Shown: positions 23,326 through 32,000 of the stretch, one piece after another
How positions within the stretch are numbered: position 1 is the first letter of the stretch
How the letters are laid out: each line of letters begins with the position of its first letter
Source: Kineococcus radiotolerans SRS30216 = ATCC BAA-149
GTDB lineage: Bacteria > Actinomycetota > Actinomycetes > Actinomycetales > Kineococcaceae
Assembly: GCF_000017305.1 (NCBI RefSeq)
Contig: NC_009664.2
Coordinates: 4,440,001 to 4,472,000, forward strand
Direction: 5' to 3'
Length of the DNA: 32,000 nucleotides
Program-made: the position numbers and the translations under genes
Notes under the pieces: model-generated
What the model saw: the letters and a program-made list of their open reading frames with translations, nothing else
Database searches by the model: none
What the model was told of the DNA's origin: nothing

Positions 23326-25671
23326 ATGGCTCGTCTGCTCTACCGGTTGGGCGCTTTCAGCGCCCGGCACCGGATCGCCTTCCTCATCGGCTGGCTGGTG
23401 GCGTTGGGCGTCCTCGTCGTCACCGCGCTGACCGGGATGCGTTTCAGCGACGGGTCCTTCGACGTCCAGGGCACCGAGTCCAGCCGGGCGCTGACCACGG
23501 TGCAGGAGGACTTCCCCAGCGGGCCGAGCGACTCCTCCCTGCAGCTGGTGACCCGAGCAGAGGCCGGCGCAATCAGCGACCCGGCCCACGCCCAGGATCT
23601 GCAGACGGCGTTGCAGCAGATCCGAGACCTCCCGCACGTGACGTCGGTCAGCGACCCGCTGGACCCGACGAACCCTCGCGTGTCCGGTGACGGGAGCACC
23701 GCCGTGGCCACCGTGACCGTGGAGGAAGTCTCCGAGCACGAGGCCGACCGGGTGCACCAGAGCGTCGTCGACGTAGCGAAGACCCTGCGCGCGGATGGCT
23801 TCGACGCCGAGGTCGGGGGGACCCTGGCCAACCCCATCCCGCAGATTTTGGGCCCGACCGAGATCGTCGGCGCGCTGCTGGCCTTCGGCGTCCTCGTGCT
23901 CACTTTCGGCTCCCTGGTCGCGGCCGGGGCCAACATGGCCGGCGCGCTGCTCGGGGTCGGCGTCGGAATCCTGGGGGTCCTGGCCGCTTCGGTGGTGCAC
24001 CCCATCGGCAGCACCACCCCCATCCTGGCCGTGATGCTGGGGTTGGCCGTCGGCATCGACTACTGCCTCTTCGTCATCGCCCGCTTCCGCTCAGAGCTGC
24101 TGGCCGGGCGCGACGTCCTCGACGCCATTGGGCGTGCGACTGGCACCGCCGGCTCCTCGGTCGTCTTCGCCGCCGCCACGGTCATCATCGCTCTGGCAGG
24201 ATTGAGCCTGGTCGGCATCTCCTTCATCACCGAGATGGGGTTGGCCGCCGCCTTCGCCGTCCTGGTCGCGGTGCTGATGACGCTCACCTTCCTGCCGGGC
24301 CTGCTGGCCGGCATGGGTCACCGCGCGCTGAGCCGACGTGACCGACGCCGCCTCGAGGCCGGCCGGGCCTACGCCCAGCAGGAGGAGCACACGCACGACT
24401 CGCACGACGAGTCGCACCAGACCGCGCGCGAGGCCGCGCACCGCGCCTCGACGCCGGGCTTCCTGCGCAGCTGGGTGCTGCTGGTCACCCGCCGCCCGAT
24501 CGTCTCGGCCCTGTCCGCGATCGTGGTGTTGCTGGTGGCTGCGGTGCCGGTGCTTTCGCTGAGCACCACCTTGAACAATCCTGGCGGCGAGGACCCCGAC
24601 AGCACCCAGCGCGCCGCCTACGACCTGATCGCCAAGGAGTTCGGCGCCGGCTTCCAGGACCCGCTGGTGGTGCTGGCTGAAGGGGACGCGGCGGCCCTGA
24701 CCCCGTCCTTGCCGCAGGTGCAGAAGCTCATCGCCGGTGTCGAGGGGGTCGCCTCTGTGACACCGGCGCTGCCCAGCGCAGACGGCGCCGCGGCGCTGCT
24801 GCAGGTGGTCCCCACCACCGGCCCGCTGGACGAGCGCACCCGCGAGCTCGTGCTGGACTTGCGCGAACACGCCGCCGACGTACCTGGGGTGCGGCTGTCG
24901 GTCACCGGGGCCACCGCCTTGGGACTGGACTCCGACCAGCAGTTGCGCGATGCGCTCGCGACCTACTTGGTCGTCGTCGTCGGCCTGGCCCTGCTGCTGC
25001 TCATCGTGATGTTCCGCTCGATCCTGGTCCCGGTCATCGCCACCCTGGGCTTCCTGCTTTCGCTGGGCGCCGGCATCGGTGCGGCGGTCGCGGTGTTCCA
25101 GTGGGGCTGGCTGGACGCCGTCATCCCCGCCCCGCAAGGCAACCCGCTACTGAGCTTGCTGCCCATCATCCTCACCGGCATCCTGTTCGGGCTGGCGATG
25201 GACTACCAGGTGTTCCTCGTCTCCCGCATGCACGAGGCGCACGTGCGTGGTGCCTCCCCGCGCCAAGCCATCATCGATGGATTCAGTCGATCGGCTCCGG
25301 TCGTGGTCGCCGCGGCTTCCATCATGGCCGCCGTCTTCGGTGGGTTCGCTCTCAGCCACTCCTCCCTGGTCGCCTCCATCGCCTTGGGTCTGGCGGTGGG
25401 AGTGATTGCCGACGCCTTCCTGGTCCGCATGATCTTCGTCCCCGCCACCCTGGCCCTGCTGGGGCGGACCGCGTGGTGGATGCCGCGCTGGTTGGAGCGC
25501 GTCCTGCCCCACCTGGACACTGAGGGACTGTCGCTGGAGGACGCCGAGCACCGTCTCGATCACCGCCCTGATCAGCACCCTGTTGCTCCTCAGGCCACAC
25601 CGCCGTCGTCGCCATCTCTGGCTCCCCGCGGTCCCGCTGCCTCGGAGCAGCTCGACTCCCAGCGAGAGTGA
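23326..25671 (+). CDS. MMPL-family (RND superfamily) membrane transporter
   Basis: The ATG at 23326 has GGAGAGG upstream. There are two 6-TM bundles with GIDYCLFVIARFRSEL and AMDYQVFLVSRMHEA motifs. The track start at 23173 is an upstream extension. Confidence 0.9.
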   Translation: MARLLYRLGAFSARHRIAFLIGWLVALGVLVVTALTGMRFSDGSFDVQGTESSRALTTVQEDFPSGPSDSSLQLVTRAEAGAISDPAHAQDLQTALQQIRDLPHVTSVSDPLDPTNPRVSGDGSTAVATVTVEEVSEHEADRVHQSVVDVAKTLRADGFDAEVGGTLANPIPQILGPTEIVGALLAFGVLVLTFGSLVAAGANMAGALLGVGVGILGVLAASVVHPIGSTTPILAVMLGLAVGIDYCLFVIARFRSELLAGRDVLDAIGRATGTAGSSVVFAAATVIIALAGLSLVGISFITEMGLAAAFAVLVAVLMTLTFLPGLLAGMGHRALSRRDRRRLEAGRAYAQQEEHTHDSHDESHQTAREAAHRASTPGFLRSWVLLVTRRPIVSALSAIVVLLVAAVPVLSLSTTLNNPGGEDPDSTQRAAYDLIAKEFGAGFQDPLVVLAEGDAAALTPSLPQVQKLIAGVEGVASVTPALPSADGAAALLQVVPTTGPLDERTRELVLDLREHAADVPGVRLSVTGATALGLDSDQQLRDALATYLVVVVGLALLLLIVMFRSILVPVIATLGFLLSLGAGIGAAVAVFQWGWLDAVIPAPQGNPLLSLLPIILTGILFGLAMDYQVFLVSRMHEAHVRGASPRQAIIDGFSRSAPVVVAAASIMAAVFGGFALSHSSLVASIALGLAVGVIADAFLVRMIFVPATLALLGRTAWWMPRWLERVLPHLDTEGLSLEDAEHRLDHRPDQHPVAPQATPPSSPSLAPRGPAASEQLDSQRE

Positions 25672-25830
25672 GCCGCTTGGCAGTGCGGTTGGTCGATCAC
25701 GAAGTAGGCGTGACCGGCGACCCGACACTGGGCTCACACCACTGAGGGGAGCCGAGGAGCTGCGCGAACTGACGCCTTGCACGGGTGACGGGTTGTCCGG
25801 GCTGGTGCGTGGCACGTCCTGACCTGCCGC

Positions 25831-25870
25831 GTCGTTCGCCGCGACCGCTCAGCGGCCGCGGCGAACGACG
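25831..25870. terminator. Perfect 13-bp stem hairpin between the convergent MMPL and MFS genes
   Basis: GTCGTTCGCCGCG (25831-25843) is the exact reverse complement of CGCGGCGAACGAC (25858-25870). The loop itself contains CCGC-TCA-GCGG. A second GC-rich dyad lies at ~25913-25936. Confidence 0.5.
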
Positions 25871-25944
25871 TCAGGCGTGGTCGCGACCAGTCGCCGATCT
25901 TCCTCTCAGGGGCTGACGTGCCGGCGCCGACGTCAGCGCCGGCG

Positions 25945-27885
<1,941 letters not shown>

Positions 27886-28079
27886 TCACCTGGCAGTGCT
27901 GGCGAGGACGTGGTGGCGCTAGCGCGCTGCATCGACGCCGTGGGTGCGAACGCGTCGACGGCGCAAGGTGGTGGTCGTCCTGGTTGCAACGAACGCCTGC
28001 GTAGGTATGGGCTGAACGCAGGTCGGTGCGTGGCTACCCGAGCAAAGCTTGGCACGATTCAAAAAGTACCCGACGCCGG

Positions 28080-28093
28080 TTGACGCGCGTCAA
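28080..28093. promoter_or_regulatory. Perfect 14-bp palindrome TTGACGCGCGTCAA in the divergent MFS/MFS intergenic region (candidate operator; also carries a -35-like TTGACG)
   Basis: The self-complementarity was verified base by base. The site is 89 bp upstream of the ATG at 28182, next to the most AT-rich stretch of this spacer. Confidence 0.35.
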
Positions 28094-28181
28094 TAGACCA
28101 TGGTTCTCTACAGAGGCCTCACGCAGGTGTGAGCCCTCGACCGTGCCGCCCACCCGATGATGGGTCGCGAAAGGACACGTC

Positions 28182-29522
28182 ATGAGACGTCGGCCAGCCA
28201 ATCCCGCTGTACCCCTCGACCCCGCGACCGAAGCGTCACTCGACCTCACCGGCGCCAATCTGATCACGGACGATCAGGTATCCGCGTCCGCGTCCGCGCC
28301 CACGCGCCGGGTCGGGGCCGGCTTCACCGCCGTCTACACGTTCACCTACTTCGGCTTCTTCCTCGTCCTGTTCATGCCGGCCCTCTTCAGCCTGGCCTAC
28401 AAGATCCAGATGATGGACCCGGCGAACAAGGAATCCGGCCTCGGGGTCGTGGTGGGCGTGGGGTCCCTCGTCAGCCTCGTCGCCGGGCCGATCTTCGGCG
28501 TTATCAGCGACGCTACCCGCCTGCGGTGGGGACGCCGCCGGCCCTTCCTGGTCGCTGGCTTGCTGCTCAGCGCCCTCAGCGCCCTCATCGTCGCCACCGC
28601 CTCCAACCTCGCCATCGTCCTGCTCGGCTGGATCGTGGCGCAGTTGGGCGGTAGCGCCATCAGCGCCGCGCTGAACCCCGCCCTTCCCGAACACGTGCCC
28701 CCCGCCCAGCGCGGAAAGATCGGCGCGCTCAGCGGAGTGGCCTCTTCGGTCGCCGGCGTCGGGGCGACCCTGCTCGGCAGCTTCCTCACCGGCAACCTGC
28801 TTCTGCTCTTCCTCCTTCCCAGTGTCGTGCTGGCCGTCGGCGTCGCGTTGTGGCTCATCGTCATCCCTGACGCGCCCGCTCCCGCCGAGATGCCACGACC
28901 TTCACCTGCCAGTGTCCTGCGCGCGCTGGTGTTCGATCCCCGCCGCCACCGCGATTTCGCCTGGGTGTGGTTGGGCAAGTTCTGCCTGCAGATCGGAATC
29001 GCCTTCTTCGGCACCTACCAGCTGTACTTCCTGCTCGAACGGCTTGGTTACAGCGCTGAGGTGGCAGGCCGCCAGCTCGCTGCGGTCGGGGGCCTCAGCC
29101 TGGTGGTGACCATGATCTTCACCCTCGGTGGAGGGTACCTCTCCGACCGGCTGCGCCGACGCAAGGCGTTCTTGTACGTGGCCGCATTCCTTGTGGCCAC
29201 CGGCTTGGTGGTCGCCAGCCTGGCCCCCAACTTCCTCGTGTACGCCATCGGTGGGCTCATCCTCGGAGCCGGTACCGGCGCCTTCAACTCCGTCGACCTC
29301 GCACTGGCCGCCGACGTGCTGCCCAGCCAGAGCGAGGGCGGCAAATGGATGTCCATCTACTACCTCTCAGGCTCTCTCGCCGGGGCCATCGGACCGATCG
29401 TCGCGCCCCTCGTGCTGGCCATCGGAGCCGGTGGAGCCAACTACACGGTTCTCTTCGCCGCCGGCGGGGTCATCTCCCTGGGCGCGATCATCACTGCCTC
29501 GCAGGTCAAGGGTGCCCGATGA
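28182..29522 (+). CDS. MFS transporter, GPH/MFS_2-like (probable glycoside:cation symporter)
   Basis: GAAAGGA lies 6 nt upstream of the ATG. The motif GPIFGVISDATRLRWGRRRPF (D-x-x-x-x-W-G-R-R-R-P) is characteristic of GPH-type carriers. There are 12 TM-like stretches. Confidence 0.8.
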   Translation: MRRRPANPAVPLDPATEASLDLTGANLITDDQVSASASAPTRRVGAGFTAVYTFTYFGFFLVLFMPALFSLAYKIQMMDPANKESGLGVVVGVGSLVSLVAGPIFGVISDATRLRWGRRRPFLVAGLLLSALSALIVATASNLAIVLLGWIVAQLGGSAISAALNPALPEHVPPAQRGKIGALSGVASSVAGVGATLLGSFLTGNLLLLFLLPSVVLAVGVALWLIVIPDAPAPAEMPRPSPASVLRALVFDPRRHRDFAWVWLGKFCLQIGIAFFGTYQLYFLLERLGYSAEVAGRQLAAVGGLSLVVTMIFTLGGGYLSDRLRRRKAFLYVAAFLVATGLVVASLAPNFLVYAIGGLILGAGTGAFNSVDLALAADVLPSQSEGGKWMSIYYLSGSLAGAIGPIVAPLVLAIGAGGANYTVLFAAGGVISLGAIITASQVKGAR

Positions 29523-32000
29523 CGGCGGCGGAGGGGGCGCCGCCCCCCGCAGAACCCGACCAAGACCGAGACCAGGACCAGGAAGGACCGCACCCCGTGC
29601 CCACGCCGTGGACCGCCCACTTCATCAGCACCGCCACTCCCGCCGCGGCCGAAGACCCCGCGCTGTACTTCCGGCGGGACTTCACCGTCGCACCGGGACT
29701 GCGTCGCGCCGTGCTCCACGTCAGTGCCCTCGGCGTCATCGAGCCGTACCTGAACGGGCGTCGGGTCGGGGACGACGTCCTGGCCCCCGGCTGGACCTCC
29801 TACCGGCACCGTCTGAACGTCAGCCGTCACGACGTGACCGCGGAGGTGAGAGAGGGACCCAACACCGTGGGCGCCGTCGTGGGACAGGGGTGGGCGGTCG
29901 GGCGCCTGGGTTTCGAGCACCAGTGCCACCACTACAGCGACCGGCCCGCGCTCTTCGCGCAGCTGGAGCTGGAGTACGCCACGCACAGCGAGGTCATCGG
30001 CAGTGACGCCACCTTCCGGGTCGGCACCGGGGGAGTGCGCGCCAACAGCATCTACGACGGCGAAACCTACGACGCGGGCCTGGAGCCCGAGGGGTGGTGC
30101 GCTCCCGGCTTCGACGACTCGACGTGGCAGGCACCCACCCACCTGGACTGGCCCTCGCACACCCTGCAGGTGGCCATCACCCCACCCATCCGACGCGTCG
30201 AGGAGCTCGCTGCGCTGACGGTGCTGAGCACCCCGAGTGGACGCACCGTCGTAGACTTCGGCCAGGTCTTGACCGGCTGGGTGCGCCTGCAGGTGCAGGG
30301 AGACGCCGGGCGCACGATCACCCTGCGCCACGCCGAGGTGCTGACCTCCCAGGGTGAGCCGGAGTACGAGACGCTGCGCACCGCGCAGGCCACCGACCGC
30401 TTCGTCCTGCGCGGCGCTGGCGTGGAGCACTTCGAGCCCCGCTTCACCTTCCACGGGTTCCGCTACGTCGAGGTGGAGGGCTGGCCCGGTGAGCTGAACC
30501 CCGACGCGATGCGTGCTGTCGTCGTGCACAGCGACATGACCCGCACCGGCTGGTTCGAAAGCTCCCACGCCCTGCTGAACCGGTTGCACGAGAACGTGGT
30601 GTGGTCCATGCGCGGCAACTTCGTCGGGGTACCCACCGACTGCCCTCAACGCGATGAGCGACTGGGCTGGACCGGAGACCTCAACGCCTTCGCCCCCACC
30701 GCTGCCTTCCTCTACGACGTCCGCGGCGTCCTGGGCTCCTGGCTGGCCGACCTGGCCGCGGAGCAGGCGGACAAGGGGGTCGTGCCCTGGGTGGTCCCCG
30801 ATGTCCTCAGCACCCCCTCCGCCCCCACAGCCCTGTGGAGCGACGTCGCCGTGAGCCTGCCGTGGACCCTGTACTGGGAACACGGCGACCTGGAGATCCT
30901 GCGCCGCAGCTACCTGTCCATGTCCGCCTTCGTCCACCAGGTCGAGGCGCTGCTCGACGAGCGGGGCCTGTGGAACACCGGCTACCAGTTCGGTGACTGG
31001 CTGGACCCCGACGCCCCGCCCGAGGACGCAGCCGGCGGTAAGACGGATCGGTACCTGGTGGCCTCGGCCTACTTCTGCCGCACCACGCAGATCATGGCCC
31101 AGACCGCGGCCCTGCTGGAGCAGACCGCGGACGCCGAGCACTTCGCGGATCTGGCGCGACGCGTGCGCAGCGCCTTCCGCCACGAGTTCGTCAGCGCCTC
31201 CGGACGCCTGGTCAGCGAATCGGCCACCGCCTACTCCCTTGCCCTGTGTTTCGACCTGCTCGAGGAGGACCAGCGGCGGACCGCCGGCGACCGGCTGGCC
31301 GAGCTGGTGCGCAAGGCCGGCTACACCGTCTCCACCGGCTTCGCCGGTACCCCCCTGGTGGCCCACGCCCTCTCTGAGACCGGGCACCTGGACGCGGCCT
31401 ACTTCCTACTCACCGAGACCGACCGGCCGTCGTTCCTCTACCCCGTCACGATGGGTGCTACGACGATCTGGGAGCGGTGGGATGCGGTCCTGCCCGACGG
31501 AACGCTCAACTCCACTGGCATGACCTCGCTGAACCACTACGCGCTGGGGGCGGTCGCCAGTTGGCTGCACCGCGTCGTCGGTGGCCTGCAAGCCGAGGAA
31601 GCTGGCTACCGACGGATGCGCATCGCCCCGCAGCCCGGCCCGGGGGTCACCTCAGCCCACGTGAGCCACCAGACCGGGTACGGCACCGTAGACGTCGCAT
31701 GGGTGGTGCAGGCCGGCACGGTTTCCCTGGACGTGACCATCCCCGAGGGCACCAGAGCTCGCGTCGTCCTTCCCCTGCACCCGGACCTGACCGAGACCGA
31801 GGTGGGTGGCGGCACCCATCACTGGTCCTACCCGGCGCCGGCGGGATGGGGCGAGCGCACGATGTTCACGCTGGACACGCCGCTGAAGACCATCGCTGAC
31901 GACCCGCTCACCTGGAAGGCGGTCAGCCGGGTCTTCAAGAAGCACCTGCCCTTTCCCGTCGACGGCTCGGCGCCGGAAGCGGCAGCCATGCCGCTGCGGA
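29519..32000 (+). CDS. GH78 alpha-L-rhamnosidase (3' end lies outside the window)
   Basis: This ORF is not in the supplied track because it has no in-window stop. I translated it by hand from ATG 29519, which overlaps the MFS stop as ATGA. Readable blocks include ...LYFRRDFTV...VSALGVIEPYLNGRRVGDDVLAPGWTSY..., FHGFRYVEVEGWP and the hallmark PTDCPQRDERLGWTGD. The frame stays open to base 32000. Confidence 0.85.
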   Translation, partial: MTAAEGAPPPAEPDQDRDQDQEGPHPVPTPWTAHFISTATPAAAEDPALYFRRDFTVAPGLRRAVLHVSALGVIEPYLNGRRVGDDVLAPGWTSYRHRLNVSRHDVTAEVREGPNTVGAVVGQGWAVGRLGFEHQCHHYSDRPALFAQLELEYATHSEVIGSDATFRVGTGGVRANSIYDGETYDAGLEPEGWCAPGFDDSTWQAPTHLDWPSHTLQVAITPPIRRVEELAALTVLSTPSGRTVVDFGQVLTGWVRLQVQGDAGRTITLRHAEVLTSQGEPEYETLRTAQATDRFVLRGAGVEHFEPRFTFHGFRYVEVEGWPGELNPDAMRAVVVHSDMTRTGWFESSHALLNRLHENVVWSMRGNFVGVPTDCPQRDERLGWTGDLNAFAPTAAFLYDVRGVLGSWLADLAAEQADKGVVPWVVPDVLSTPSAPTALWSDVAVSLPWTLYWEHGDLEILRRSYLSMSAFVHQVEALLDERGLWNTGYQFGDWLDPDAPPEDAAGGKTDRYLVASAYFCRTTQIMAQTAALLEQTADAEHFADLARRVRSAFRHEFVSASGRLVSESATAYSLALCFDLLEEDQRRTAGDRLAELVRKAGYTVSTGFAGTPLVAHALSETGHLDAAYFLLTETDRPSFLYPVTMGATTIWERWDAVLPDGTLNSTGMTSLNHYALGAVASWLHRVVGGLQAEEAGYRRMRIAPQPGPGVTSAHVSHQTGYGTVDVAWVVQAGTVSLDVTIPEGTRARVVLPLHPDLTETEVGGGTHHWSYPAPAGWGERTMFTLDTPLKTIADDPLTWKAVSRVFKKHLPFPVDGSAPEAAAMPLR

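Noticed and set aside
29441-31387. A 648-aa minus-strand ORF, the longest listed ORF at the right end.
   Set aside because: The opposite strand encodes a GH78 rhamnosidase with hallmark motifs. The minus-strand product is Gly/Val/Arg/Asp-rich with no recognisable domain.

Overview
The window is GC-rich and looks actinobacterial: third codon positions are almost all G/C, which produces many long spurious antisense ORFs. No homology search was possible, so every call rests on motifs I could read in the translations and on repeats I counted in the DNA.

The window has two parts.

(A) Bases 1 to about 8300 form a plasmid- or mobile-element-like module:
- The 3' part of a HerA/VirB4-superfamily ATPase, whose disordered tail ends in an SSB-like acidic tip (DDDDPPPF).
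- A translationally coupled Mre11/SbcD nuclease and Rad50/SbcC ATPase pair. The Rad50 has a central CPTC zinc hook.
- A RepA-family replication initiator whose 3' end runs into a 13-bp iteron-like array.
- A largely disordered protein with an Lsr2-type C-terminal DNA-binding domain, followed by a second repeat family of 14 bp.
- A small hypothetical gene.

(B) Bases 8750 to 32000 look like ordinary chromosomal genes for carbohydrate use, regulation and transport:
- A bestrophin-family channel, a secreted GH10 xylanase and a TetR regulator.
- A CUT1-type sugar ABC operon (binding protein plus two permeases), followed by a sugar-phosphate isomerase/epimerase and a Gfo/Idh/MocA oxidoreductase.
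- A GH3 beta-glucosidase and a NarL-type two-component system next to an MMPL transporter.
- A DHA2 MFS exporter, a GPH-like MFS transporter, and a GH78 alpha-L-rhamnosidase that runs off the right edge and is missing from the ORF track.

The items most worth follow-up are:
- the ATPase-Mre11-Rad50 block abutting the replication module;
- the SSB-tip mimic on the ATPase;
- the iteron array, including one exact copy inside repA;
- the Lsr2-domain chimera;
- a perfect 12-bp tandem array of about 11 copies in a gap of the sugar operon.

No integrase, relaxase, tRNA or CRISPR array was seen.
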